DNA of 64,000 nucleotides from Pseudomonadota bacterium (GCA_027486675.1 JAIXOQ010000017.1:188231-252230), one strand, 5' to 3'. Positions 19,310 to 28,848 are shown, counted from the stretch's first letter. Numbers and translations are program-made. Notes: generated from the sequence alone by a model not told the origin.

Positions 19310-20548
19310 TTACGCGAGAGCGGAAGGGGCATCCTTGTGGCGCTCGGTTCCACGCGCCGTGCCAAAGAGTGAACGGAGCTGGCCGCAGGCTGCGGAAATA
19401 TCACGGCCTCTTGAGATTCTTACGGTGGCTGTATAACCCTGATCCAGAAGAATCTTCTGAAATGCAAACACGACTTCATCTGATGGACGCTTAAATTCGC
19501 TTCCTGAATGCTCGTTGAACGGGATCAGATTCACCTTAGATGGAATGCCGCGCAGCAGCTTTGCAACTCGCAGAGCGTCCTCAGGCGCGTCGTTAAAATC
19601 CTGAAGCAGCACGTACTCAAACGTTATTCTTCGATGCGGCCCAAGTTTCAGTTTCTTGCATGCCGCAAGAAGTTCTGCGATGGGATATCGCTTATTCACG
19701 GGCATAATCTTTGACCGCTGATCGTCATTAGAAGCATTCAGAGACACTGCCAGCTGCACATCTGTTTGTTGATAGAGCTTGTCGATCGCAGGCACAAGCC
19801 CACTGGTGCTGACAGTCACTTTTCGTTTTGAAAAATTAAATCCATCTTCATCTAAGAAAATCGAGCAAGCTTTGCCGATGTTATCCACGTTGTGAAGGGG
19901 TTCACCCATTCCCATAAACACGATATTTGTTATGGGCGCGCGTGCACGCAGTTCAGCGATTTGGGCGACGACTTCATGTGTTGCAAGAGATCGATCTAAG
20001 CCCTGCACCCCTGTCAGACAAAATTTACAAGCCATTGCACAGCCCACTTGGGACGAAATGCAGGCTGTTAGCCTAGCCCAATCGTCGGATCTCAGATCAT
20101 CATCGAGCTCAAATTCATCGGTCTCAAGACCGGAAAACTTTTTTCCGTGCTGCAGTTGTTCCAGTTTGTCTGCCGCAACTTTTTCTTTGAGCGCCGCAGG
20201 GATGATGACGGACTCAATCGTCTTATTGTCCTCTAGGCTCCAGAGGAACTTGTAGGTCCCATCGTTTGACTGCTGTTCATGGGCCGTCTTCAACTGAAAG
20301 ATCGGCAGTGTCTCTTTGAGCACTTCCCGGATGTCTTTAGCCAGATCGCTCATTTCATCGTAGCTGCGCGCATGCCGCTGGTAGGCCCATTTGAAAATTT
20401 GTTTCGCCCGCAAAGAGGCCTGCTTCTGCTTCTTCTTTTCCTGCGCTTCAATGGGAAGTTCGCTATCGCGCCTAGGTAAGCGGGAGAGGGGAAGAAGGAA
20501 TTCGGCGAGTTCTGGCTTCGTTAGATCTTGTAGGAACACAGGGGACAC
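19310..20548 (-). CDS. rlmN: 23S rRNA m2A2503 / tRNA m2A37 methyltransferase RlmN
   Basis: Radical SAM 'CISSQVGCAMACKFC', 'FMGMGEP', 'STSG', 'FEYVL', 'VNLIPFN', 'AACGQL'. Start uncertain (GTG near 20548; ORF track to 20632). Confidence 0.95.
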   Translation of the reverse strand: MSPVFLQDLTKPELAEFLLPLSRLPRRDSELPIEAQEKKKQKQASLRAKQIFKWAYQRHARSYDEMSDLAKDIREVLKETLPIFQLKTAHEQQSNDGTYKFLWSLEDNKTIESVIIPAALKEKVAADKLEQLQHGKKFSGLETDEFELDDDLRSDDWARLTACISSQVGCAMACKFCLTGVQGLDRSLATHEVVAQIAELRARAPITNIVFMGMGEPLHNVDNIGKACSIFLDEDGFNFSKRKVTVSTSGLVPAIDKLYQQTDVQLAVSLNASNDDQRSKIMPVNKRYPIAELLAACKKLKLGPHRRITFEYVLLQDFNDAPEDALRVAKLLRGIPSKVNLIPFNEHSGSEFKRPSDEVVFAFQKILLDQGYTATVRISRGRDISAACGQLRSLFGTARGTERHKDAPSALA

Positions 20549-20726
20549 AGATTGCCATATGTGATTGATTTGCTCAAGATTTAGGATGATGAACGAAGAG
20601 TTTGGGCGGAGTAGCCGAAAAAACCAGGCCATCCTGGAATCAGGGTTTTATTAAATTTGATTGGTTGCATTCACTTGTGGACCATTCAGCAGGTATGACC
20701 GTTTTACCCTCCCCCAGTTTCTTCTA

Positions 20727-20849
20727 AATACGCGCTCAATCTTCAGATAAGCACAAAATGCTCCGGGACCTCGTCCATGAGGCAGCTCGGGCCTTCCTGG
20801 CCCGAGCGTCTAGTCGCATTTGTACTTATCTGAAGATTGAGCGCGTATT
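20727..20849. repeat. Intergenic long inverted-repeat element (REP/MITE-like or structured RNA)
   Basis: Perfect 25-bp IR 20727-20751 / 20825-20849, continuing imperfectly inward to about 34 bp; internal hairpins 20769-20782 and 20785-20807 (9-bp stem). Confidence 0.85.
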
Positions 20850-20899
20850 CGGAGGGTTCAGGAGGGAAAGGTGGCTCAAGAAGTCCTGGAGGCGAGTGC

Positions 20900-21268
20900 T
20901 TACTGCGCAATGAATCTCACTTGAATCAGAGAGGCGTTTCCGTTGTGCATTTCGCGGAGCACTTCCATTGGAATTACGACCCTTTGACTGCGTGGGTCAT
21001 ATGAAAAATGGAAGCTGTTCAGTATTATCCAGGATCCGTTGGCGAAGATTCGGGCAGCCTCGGAGCACGCATGCGTTTCCTCTTCCAGGATGTTAAACTC
21101 GTCCGTCACCAGGATTTCCAATGTGTGCGGGTCCATTTTATAGCTACCCAGGTAAATGTAAGGGCCTGATTCCACAGGATACAAGACGGAGACGCAAGAC
21201 TCGATCTCCAGTGCCGCGAAAGAGCTTTGTGAAGCAATTGCGATGAGGCTTAGAAATAACCATTTCAT
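20900..21268 (-). CDS. Hypothetical secreted protein
   Basis: Signal peptide MKWLFLSLIAIASQSSFA, SD GGGAG, two Cys. Confidence 0.75.
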   Translation of the reverse strand: MKWLFLSLIAIASQSSFAALEIESCVSVLYPVESGPYIYLGSYKMDPHTLEILVTDEFNILEEETHACSEAARIFANGSWIILNSFHFSYDPRSQRVVIPMEVLREMHNGNASLIQVRFIAQ

Positions 21269-21334
21269 TTAAATTCTCCCGAGAATTTGGACTAGTTTAT
21301 ATTACCTTATCCTTAAAGTCAAGATATAAGCCGG

Positions 21335-21353
21335 CATTGGTTTGTAACCAATG
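21335..21353. promoter_or_regulatory. Operator-like palindrome between divergent orphan genes
   Basis: CATTGGTT-TGT-AACCAATG; a second palindrome AAATTCTC-CC-GAGAATTT at 21271-21288 covers the SD of the 21268 gene. Confidence 0.3.
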
Positions 21354-21496
21354 GGAACAAAGAATGGTCGGGAAAGCGCGGTGCCGACGAGTGCCCTTAC
21401 TCAAGTTGATCTAGGCTTTTTCGCAACTATCTCAATATTGCTATGCGCAGTTGCCTGCGCTTATCCTCTCCCAGCTACAGAACTGCGAGGGCCGAT

Positions 21497-22141
21497 ATGA
21501 AAAATGGATTTGTGATCATTCTTTTCGGGGTTTTTCTTCATGAGGGTGCGCACGCTCAAAATATTTCTAGCCCAATGCATCCAAGTAACCCCATGAATCC
21601 CTTGCAGCAACGCAATCTTACGAACCCTTTGAATCCGCTGAGCCCCATGAGACCCACTGATACCTTCACCGACGAGGAACGGCTGGCACTTCTTCCCAAG
21701 CAACCAGTTGGGATCCAGCTCTCTGATTTTGAACCGGGACATATTCCGTCACTGATCGACGAGCGTTTCCCAGGGCAAAAGCCAACGTTTGTATTGCGTA
21801 TCAGCGTCCTCCAGGATGAAACCTCATTTATCACTAAGCTTGTTGCGGTGATCCCAAATACGAATCAAAAGCTTCGCTCTGATACATCACAAGTCTCACT
21901 GACGGAAGCAGACTGGAAAGATCTGAGCCAGGTAAAATCCTGGGATAAGCTCGAAAGCCTAAGACTTCAATTTGAAGTGATAGGAAAAATTTCGAACTAT
22001 CCATCTATGGTCGTATTAAGGGAAACAACGACATTTGATAGCTTATTGGGGTCACTCGCTGGGGCATCGCACGCATCAGAGATGTCTATTCACAACCCAA
22101 AGATTCAGACTGCAGCCAGAATTCAATTCTCACTCGATTGA
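21497..22141 (+). CDS. Hypothetical secreted protein with N-terminal (N/S)P-x repeats
   Basis: Signal peptide ending AHA, then 'SPMHPSNPMNPL...NPLNPLSPMRP'; SD GAGG before ATG 21497. Confidence 0.7.
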   Translation: MKNGFVIILFGVFLHEGAHAQNISSPMHPSNPMNPLQQRNLTNPLNPLSPMRPTDTFTDEERLALLPKQPVGIQLSDFEPGHIPSLIDERFPGQKPTFVLRISVLQDETSFITKLVAVIPNTNQKLRSDTSQVSLTEADWKDLSQVKSWDKLESLRLQFEVIGKISNYPSMVVLRETTTFDSLLGSLAGASHASEMSIHNPKIQTAARIQFSLD

Positions 22142-22196
22142 GACTTGATGCGTCTTTCGCCGCTCGGTGGCCAAGCGTACACATGAACCACCTTGA

Positions 22197-22856
22197 TTAA
22201 CGTTTTCTCTGCCGCAGCCGATTTGCGACAATTTCGTTGCACTCTGAGAATTTCACCGCACTCGCCAGCGTTCCATCGAGATGGGAAACGAGCCGGTGAA
22301 CCTTCTGGTCGTTCGGCAAGAGGTGCGGCCAGTCCCACGCAGTGAAGATTAAAAACTCGTCAAACTTTCCAGTAAAATTCAATTCCTTTGCCGCTTTATT
22401 GTACTGGACTCCGCTCTCAATCATTCGATCTAAGTTCTCTACAAACTCCGGGTGGTCAGCGATCCAATGATCATTGGAAATTTTAGGTTGAATGAGCTCG
22501 TCATACATATCTGGCGTGCCTGGCTTCATCACAAAGTGCATGACCATGCCGAAGTAGTTCGGGAAACCGAGTTGCCGCGCTTTGAGATCCAGCTCAAAAT
22601 CATCAGCAGCCATTAACCTCAAGTGGTGCTCAATTCCATTTCGCCAGGAAGACCATTCTTGCCCAGGCGCAATCTTTAGCAACTTTCCTGGAACCTCATC
22701 CAAGTGCTCGAATAACTCGCTGCGGAGCTCATACCCCAGTGTTGATACAACAAGACGCAACGATAGATCGAGGGCTCCTGTATATGCGTTATACGGCCCT
22801 GCTTCGCAAGGCTGCCGTAGTGTGAAGATGAGCAGAAGGAGGGCGGCGAAACGCAT
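22197..22856 (-). CDS. Hypothetical secreted protein
   Basis: 219-aa ORF with signal-like N-terminus MRFAALLLLIF. Confidence 0.65.
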   Translation of the reverse strand: MRFAALLLLIFTLRQPCEAGPYNAYTGALDLSLRLVVSTLGYELRSELFEHLDEVPGKLLKIAPGQEWSSWRNGIEHHLRLMAADDFELDLKARQLGFPNYFGMVMHFVMKPGTPDMYDELIQPKISNDHWIADHPEFVENLDRMIESGVQYNKAAKELNFTGKFDEFLIFTAWDWPHLLPNDQKVHRLVSHLDGTLASAVKFSECNEIVANRLRQRKR

Positions 22857-22979
22857 CGTCGTGATTTACCCGAGCAAACAGTGGAAGGCAATGAAATGGT
22901 CAATGATCTTATAAACTCACATCATTTATGCATCATCCCCGCTCGCCCACGCCGCCGCTTCAGGGCTACACTTAGGTCC

Positions 22980-24152
22980 ATGTGGTTCCTCACCGATGAA
23001 CAAAGAATGCTCCAAGAAACCGTCCGCTCGTTTGCACGCACTGAACTTGGACCCAAGATCGAACATTTAGATGAAATCGAGGGTTTCAACCGGGAATCCT
23101 TCTACAAAATGGGCCAACTCGGGCTTTTAGGCATCACCGTAAAAGAAGAGGACGGCGGCACGGGGTTAGATGCCGTATCTGCGACGTTAGCTATGGAAGA
23201 AATGGCTGCGGTCGATGCATCCACCGCCCTTTCCTACCTCGCGCACTCGATCCTTTGCGTGAATCAAATTGGCGTGAATGGAACGAAAGCCCAAAAAGAA
23301 AAGTACCTCCCAAAACTCATGTCGGGCGAGCACTTAGGCGGCATGGGAATGTCAGAACCAGGAGCTGGCTCTGATGCCTTAGGCATGCAGACCAGGGCTG
23401 AAAAAAAGGCCGATAGCTACTTGATCAATGGCTCAAAAACTTGGATTACCAATGGTCCAGGCGGCGACATCTTTTACGTCTATGCAAAAACCGGCCCAAA
23501 CAAGCGGGACCTTTCGACATTCATCATGGACAGCACCATGCCTGGATTCACGACAGGCAAAAAATTTAAGAAAATGGGAATGCGCGCTTCCCCTACCGGC
23601 GAACTTTGGTTCACCGACGTTTCTGTGCCAGCAGCAAACCGTGTCGGCGAAGAAAATCAAAGCGTACGCGCGATGATGAAAAACTTGGATCTTGAGCGCA
23701 TCACGATTTCGGGGATTTCACTTGGGATTGCGCGCGCCTGCATTGAAACCGCAACCCAGTACTCCAAGGAAAGAAAACAGTTCGATAAACCGATCGGGGC
23801 ATTTCAACAAATTCAAGAACGCCTCACTGAAGCCGCTGCCTGGTACGAAGCCTGCCGCGCTCTCACTTATCAGGCAGCTAAAACCTGGGACTTGGGCCTG
23901 ATGGTCGGCAAAGAGGCCTCCATGATGGCTGCGAAAGCAAAACTGCAGAGCGCACAGATGGCAACGCAAGTGGGCTTAGATGCAATTCAAATCTTAGGCG
24001 GATACGGCTACACCCGCGAATTCCCAGTCGAGCGCGCAATGCGGGATGCAAAGCTGATTGAGATTGGCGCAGGAACAAACGAAATTCTAAGAGTCGTGAT
24101 CGCGCGCCAGATGTTGGGCGAAGTGGCCGACGCGCTCACCAGCGGTAAGTAA
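22980..24152 (+). CDS. ivd: Acyl-CoA dehydrogenase, isovaleryl-CoA dehydrogenase type
   Basis: 'LSYLAHS', 'MSEPGAGSD', 'GSKTWITNG', 'GMRASPT', 'LDLER', 'ILGGYGY', 'EIGAGT.EI'. Confidence 0.85.
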   Translation: MWFLTDEQRMLQETVRSFARTELGPKIEHLDEIEGFNRESFYKMGQLGLLGITVKEEDGGTGLDAVSATLAMEEMAAVDASTALSYLAHSILCVNQIGVNGTKAQKEKYLPKLMSGEHLGGMGMSEPGAGSDALGMQTRAEKKADSYLINGSKTWITNGPGGDIFYVYAKTGPNKRDLSTFIMDSTMPGFTTGKKFKKMGMRASPTGELWFTDVSVPAANRVGEENQSVRAMMKNLDLERITISGISLGIARACIETATQYSKERKQFDKPIGAFQQIQERLTEAAAWYEACRALTYQAAKTWDLGLMVGKEASMMAAKAKLQSAQMATQVGLDAIQILGGYGYTREFPVERAMRDAKLIEIGAGTNEILRVVIARQMLGEVADALTSGK

Positions 24153-24159
24153 TCAGTAT

Positions 24160-24723
24160 CTAAAAGACCGAGTTCATCAACTCATCAGCATCGACTGACA
24201 CAGAGTCAGCAAGACTGATGAGCGTGCGCTCGAACTCGCTTTCATTAATCAACGCAGAAGTCGTCCCTAGAATCCCGAGGTAGGTCTGTGCCACAAAACT
24301 TTTTGTTCGCAGGACACCATTTCCCCAAATGATTTCTTTTCCTTTTTCGAGCCTAAAATTACAATTTAGAGTCACAAGATAGGATGTGGCCACCTGCACG
24401 AAAGACGGTCCTGTGCGCAGCGGAGCAAGCTGATCTGACGTTGTTAAACTGAGGGGACTATAACTTGCCCCAAGAACGGTCGCGTACAGGACGGCATCTG
24501 CGTCCTCAGATTTTTCTGTCAGCTTCACATAGTTTCCAGATGCAATGCGTTTGCGAATTGCATTGTAGAGCGTGATGTCTACACCTGCCTTATAAGATTC
24601 ATTCGCCACCGGAGCCACATGGAGTCGCTTGATTTCATGCTGTTCAAACAATAACCGGTCAGTGCCCCGTAAATGGTAGCCGCAACCGGACAAAAGCAAT
24701 GCCAGAAAACAGAAACGCAACAT
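24160..24723 (-). CDS. lptE: LPS assembly lipoprotein LptE
   Basis: Lipobox 'LLSG-CGYHLRG' typical of LptE; 'ADAVL' motif. Confidence 0.75.
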   Translation of the reverse strand: MLRFCFLALLLSGCGYHLRGTDRLLFEQHEIKRLHVAPVANESYKAGVDITLYNAIRKRIASGNYVKLTEKSEDADAVLYATVLGASYSPLSLTTSDQLAPLRTGPSFVQVATSYLVTLNCNFRLEKGKEIIWGNGVLRTKSFVAQTYLGILGTTSALINESEFERTLISLADSVSVDADELMNSVF

Positions 24724-24766
24724 GCTCCCATCATGACCGGACTTCAGGTACAACTAAAGCCCACAA

Positions 24767-25066
24767 ATGGAGTTCTTTGGCTCAATCTTAAACCGGCTTC
24801 TTAAAATGAATCCTAGTCTTGCCGAAGGACTGGAGGAGGCTCGAATTTTGGGACTTTGGGCGGAGGTGGTTGGGCCTGCGATCGCTAAGAGAAGCCGTGC
24901 GACGGAGCTCAGAGGAAAAAAGATCGTTGTAGAGGTCGACCACCCAGTCTGGAAACAACAGCTGCTCACAAATAAAAACGTAGTGCTCAAGAAGTATGAA
25001 GACGTTCTAGGACGTCCACTCATCACTGACTTGATTCTAAAGAACTCTTCGCCCCAAAAATCCTAG
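24767..25066 (+). CDS. DUF721/DciA family protein
   Basis: 'WAEVVGPAIA', 'VEVDHPVWKQQL'. Confidence 0.85.
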   Translation: MEFFGSILNRLLKMNPSLAEGLEEARILGLWAEVVGPAIAKRSRATELRGKKIVVEVDHPVWKQQLLTNKNVVLKKYEDVLGRPLITDLILKNSSPQKS

Positions 25067-25431
25067 CTATAGCGCCTTACAGAAAGCTTGACGACGATGA
25101 GGACCAAGAGCGCAAGCATCAGCAGCACTACCAATGTACCGCGCACGAGGACCGAGGTCTCTGGCTCATTTTTTGGGAGTTCCGTAGTGCGCTCAAGGAA
25201 GGGCACGTCGGTAATCGTCCAGTCTTCCCCGTGGCCCGGCAGTCTTTCTGGCACAGCTGAGTCACCAAAATGATTTCTAATCTCTTGAATGTCACTGATT
25301 GGGAACCAGTAAGAAGTGCTCTTGCAAATCTCATCGCCGGCTTCAAATTGGTGAGACCGAAGCATTCGTACGATATCACTTGCATGCTGAGGACGAGAAT
25401 AACGCCCTGTCGACTTACGAATGAGATACAT
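25063..25431 (-). CDS. Small protein with GYF_2-like N-terminus and C-terminal TM anchor
   Basis: 'YLIR...P....DI..ML....DEIC...YW' pattern; hydrophobic C-terminus. Confidence 0.55.
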   Translation of the reverse strand: MYLIRKSTGRYSRPQHASDIVRMLRSHQFEAGDEICKSTSYWFPISDIQEIRNHFGDSAVPERLPGHGEDWTITDVPFLERTTELPKNEPETSVLVRGTLVVLLMLALLVLIVVKLSVRRYS

Positions 25432-26218
25432 TTTTTATCCCCGATAGTGCCTGATAAGCAACCATCTCGGCCTTCAAGAAGCTGACAATCTTAGGCTGTT
25501 TGGACTCGATAAACTCTTCCGGGGTCCCCAAGAATACTGCCTTGCCTCCGTCCAAGAAAACTATCCGATCGGCGAGCCTTAAGGCAGAAGGAATATCGTG
25601 ACTGATGACGATCGACGTCAGCTTAAACTCGGTTTTAATCTTTTCAATGAGCTCATCGACCGTTTGGCGTGTCTCCGGGTCGAGACCAGTCGTCGGTTCA
25701 TCGTAAAGCAGGATCTCCGGCCGACGCACGATTGCACGAGCAATACCGACCCGTTTCTTCATGCCCCCTGAAATCTCGGATGGAAATTTATCGTAGGGCT
25801 TAGGAAGTCCAAGCTTGTTGAGCACTTCCTCCACTTCGCTGATGATTTTTCCCTCCGACCAGTCCGTGTGTTCACGGAGGGGAAACGCTACATTTTCAAA
25901 AACAGTCATGTCATCAAAAAGTGCAGAGTTCTGAAATACCATTCCGAATCTCTGCCTGAACTCTGTCAGAGGTGTTCCTACCAGTTTCGAAATATCTATT
26001 CCAAACACATGAACCGAACCAGAATCAGGAGCAAGCAATCCTAAGATATGTTTTAACGTTACACTTTTCCCTGTGCCACTGGGTCCAAGAACATAAGTGA
26101 GTTGCCCTGGTAAAAATGAAATGCTCATGCCCTTTAGAATTTGGTCACGTCCACCGCGAAAACTCTTAAAGACATCCTTCAATACAACAGCTGCAGCCCC
26201 TTCAGCCTCTTTACTCAT
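25415..26218 (-). CDS. ABC transporter ATP-binding protein, MlaF/Mkl family
   Basis: GPSGTGKS, 'FQNSALFD', 'ENVAFPLREH', 'SGGMKKRV', 'LLYDEPTTGLDP'. Confidence 0.9.
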   Translation of the reverse strand: MSKEAEGAAAVVLKDVFKSFRGGRDQILKGMSISFLPGQLTYVLGPSGTGKSVTLKHILGLLAPDSGSVHVFGIDISKLVGTPLTEFRQRFGMVFQNSALFDDMTVFENVAFPLREHTDWSEGKIISEVEEVLNKLGLPKPYDKFPSEISGGMKKRVGIARAIVRRPEILLYDEPTTGLDPETRQTVDELIEKIKTEFKLTSIVISHDIPSALRLADRIVFLDGGKAVFLGTPEEFIESKQPKIVSFLKAEMVAYQALSGIKNVSHS

Positions 26219-27290
26219 ATATCCTTTGTACCCTGCCTGACACGCCCGTGAGTAGCTCGTAAGGAATTGTCCCTACTTGGGAGGCAACCTCCCAGGCAGG
26301 ACGACTTCGGCCCCAGATCTCAACGAAACTCCCAACTTTAAGCGGCTTTTTGGGTGCAGCATTGGTCACGTCCATGCTCACTCGACCAACTATCGGGAGC
26401 CGCTGTTTCCCTTGCGCAACCCATCCACATCCCGACAAAAGCCTGGGCACCCCGTCGGCGTAACCCGCACCTAACGTAACAATCCACTCACCATTCTTCA
26501 TTTTAACCCGATAGAGGCCAGCGTATCCGACCGACTCTCCACACGCCACTTTCTCACACTGCATCACCTGGGCCTCAAATTGCATGACCGGACGCAGGGA
26601 GGACTTTTCGGGCGGAGCTGGGGAGATCCCATAGAGCGAAATTCCAGGACGAACCAGGTCGGATTTTGTGAGGTCCCAAGAAGACGCAGCAAAAACAGAG
26701 CCGCTATTTCCCCAATGAATGCGAGCTTCCTTAAAACGCTCATCTCTCAACTCAAGAATTTTTTGAATTCCCTTCATCTGCTTTCGTGAAAGTCTACTGT
26801 CCGGCCGATCACTTTCGGCAAGGTGGGTGAAGATCCCTTTTGGTACAAGCTTCAGACCTAAAAGATCCTCGATCTGAATCCCAGATCGGTTCATTCCGGT
26901 CGTCACCTCCACTTCAAAAGGCATCTTTGTAGCACAGCTTACAAATGCAAGCATGGAATGAAGAGAACTGAGAACCGGGGTCAGCCTATGAGCCAAGAAA
27001 GCTTGCGCCCGGGCTTCATTCCAAGTGCCCGAATCGCTAAAAACGATAATCTCTTTCTTGGCTCGACCTAAATTTCGAAGTTCTAACGCTTCACCAAGGG
27101 TTGCGACACCGTAACCACACACTGCGTTATTTTCTTCAAAAGTACGCGCTAAAGGAACCAATCCATGGCCGTACGCATCCGCCTTCACCATCGCAAGAAG
27201 AGGGCGTCTAGAAATTTTAGAAAGAATTTGGATATTGTGATTGAGATTCGCGATTGAGATTCGAGCGCGTGATCTTGTTTCGAATGCCAT
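26211..27290 (-). CDS. alr: Alanine racemase
   Basis: 'MVKADAYGHG' (PLP Lys), 'TGMNR', 'RPGISLYG', 'GYADG', 'GRVSMD', 'TIPYE'. Confidence 0.95.
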   Translation of the reverse strand: MAFETRSRARISIANLNHNIQILSKISRRPLLAMVKADAYGHGLVPLARTFEENNAVCGYGVATLGEALELRNLGRAKKEIIVFSDSGTWNEARAQAFLAHRLTPVLSSLHSMLAFVSCATKMPFEVEVTTGMNRSGIQIEDLLGLKLVPKGIFTHLAESDRPDSRLSRKQMKGIQKILELRDERFKEARIHWGNSGSVFAASSWDLTKSDLVRPGISLYGISPAPPEKSSLRPVMQFEAQVMQCEKVACGESVGYAGLYRVKMKNGEWIVTLGAGYADGVPRLLSGCGWVAQGKQRLPIVGRVSMDVTNAAPKKPLKVGSFVEIWGRSRPAWEVASQVGTIPYELLTGVSGRVQRIYE

Positions 27291-28818
27291 AGATCGAGTT
27301 TGCTCCAACCTTAAGCAAGCGAGCAAGAACTGGTCTCATCTCAGCACTCCTAGATCCCGCGTGCTTCACGATCAACAGGCCGACCAACTCCGCACCAGCA
27401 ACACTCATCTCCTGCCCTGTCGTAACCGCCCAGGCCTCGTAGTGAGATGTATTGAGCCCCTGCAACATGAGTGCTGACACGGGCCCGTAGTTCGTGAGTG
27501 CTGCTGACTTTCCCTGATTCGCCAGGCTCAACACTTGGGACTCAATGTCAGGCCTCACGTAGATCGGGAATGTCGCTTCATGGGGAAGATCGCCCACATT
27601 CGCGTGTCCAGAAAGATGCAAGTTATTGGTCGTCTTCTGATATCGAAAAAAGAGAATGGGTGACTCTGTGAGCTCACTTGAAAGCTGAATTAACTTCCTC
27701 TCGATTTCAAGCTCAGTCGAATTTGAGGTCGCAGCCTTTTGAAGCTCAGAGATAAAATCTCTCTTCCCTGTCTGCTGCACAATCGCTACCTGCGCATCGC
27801 TGGCCCGTTGCTGCTCCTGAATCCGAAGGCCCTGCGCTTCAGGCAAAACTTGCGCCGCGCGCGCTAACATCTGCGGTGAAGTTTTAAGTTGAGGTGCAAA
27901 CTTTGGAAGGTCGGGTGGAGTCATCTGGGCTAATTTAAATTCTGAGGATCGCTGACTACGAAGCAGAATTACGGCCGCTGCAAAGAGTAAGAAAGCAGCC
28001 AAAATCATGCTAAAAAATGTTTTTTGCCCTGAGGCAAAACTTGCAAATGAAAAAATCGAAGCCTGAGCATTGCGTTCAAGAAGTACAGCAAGCCCGGGGA
28101 TCGAGGTCTTTAAAACAGCATATTCGAGTTGGCCAGAATTGGCGGATTCGCGGTTTCCGGACTCGACCACTCTTCCGGTCGTCATCACAGTTGCGATCGC
28201 AGCTTTCAGCGAAGCTTCTTTAGAGAAGTCTGCACCAATCATCGAACGTTGCGTATGAGCTACAACCTTCCCGGACTCACCGAGTAACGCAACTCGATGT
28301 GGATGTGCTTTGGCGAAGAAGGCAGTGACGGCGTTTGGGTCAAGTACGCTGAGGGAAATATCATCACCCTTCCCAGGACGAACAAGAATCAACAACTCGT
28401 CAGACCCGAGTTCACTCCGCTTTACGGTCAGCGTCTGCATGCCCTTTTGCTTTAAGTCGACGGTACTCAATTGATTCTGAAAAACTCTTAAGATGCGGTC
28501 TTGCAGCGACAGGTCGTCCGGCTGATTCGCCTGAGCCAACACCACTTCATAAGGCAGCCCGTCTTTCAGTTTCAGCACACCCTTATTCACCGTGGCATCG
28601 GCACTGGGATGAGCCAAACCGACTTCAACCAGCTCCGAATAACGTTTTGCTAACTCGATTAATGAATCAACGCTGCGCACCCTAAGCTCGGCCCCAGCAA
28701 GAAGTACAAAGGCGCCCACTAGGAGCATTCCAGCACTCAATGAAAGAAGCAGAGCGATCCAGTTGGAGCGCAAATCCGATTTTGAAACGGGTCTTCCGTG
28801 ACTCGTCATGGGACGCAT
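27217..28818 (-). CDS. Membrane protein with Cache-like periplasmic region and GAF-like cytoplasmic region, no output domain
   Basis: Two TM segments; 'ALLGESGKVVAH....IG' Cache-like; C-terminal alpha/beta 'GLLIV' GAF-like. Confidence 0.55.
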   Translation of the reverse strand: MRPMTSHGRPVSKSDLRSNWIALLLSLSAGMLLVGAFVLLAGAELRVRSVDSLIELAKRYSELVEVGLAHPSADATVNKGVLKLKDGLPYEVVLAQANQPDDLSLQDRILRVFQNQLSTVDLKQKGMQTLTVKRSELGSDELLILVRPGKGDDISLSVLDPNAVTAFFAKAHPHRVALLGESGKVVAHTQRSMIGADFSKEASLKAAIATVMTTGRVVESGNRESANSGQLEYAVLKTSIPGLAVLLERNAQASIFSFASFASGQKTFFSMILAAFLLFAAAVILLRSQRSSEFKLAQMTPPDLPKFAPQLKTSPQMLARAAQVLPEAQGLRIQEQQRASDAQVAIVQQTGKRDFISELQKAATSNSTELEIERKLIQLSSELTESPILFFRYQKTTNNLHLSGHANVGDLPHEATFPIYVRPDIESQVLSLANQGKSAALTNYGPVSALMLQGLNTSHYEAWAVTTGQEMSVAGAELVGLLIVKHAGSRSAEMRPVLARLLKVGANSIYGIRNKITRSNLNRESQSQYPNSF

Positions 28819-28848
28819 GGTAAACTCTCCCCGAAATTAGTTTATCAC

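Noticed and set aside
20727..20849. Retron msr-msd, 6S RNA or SRP RNA as identity of the long hairpin
   Set aside because: No reverse transcriptase in the window; an uninterrupted 25-bp duplex with branched top does not fit the 6S central bubble; the SRP domain IV motif is absent.
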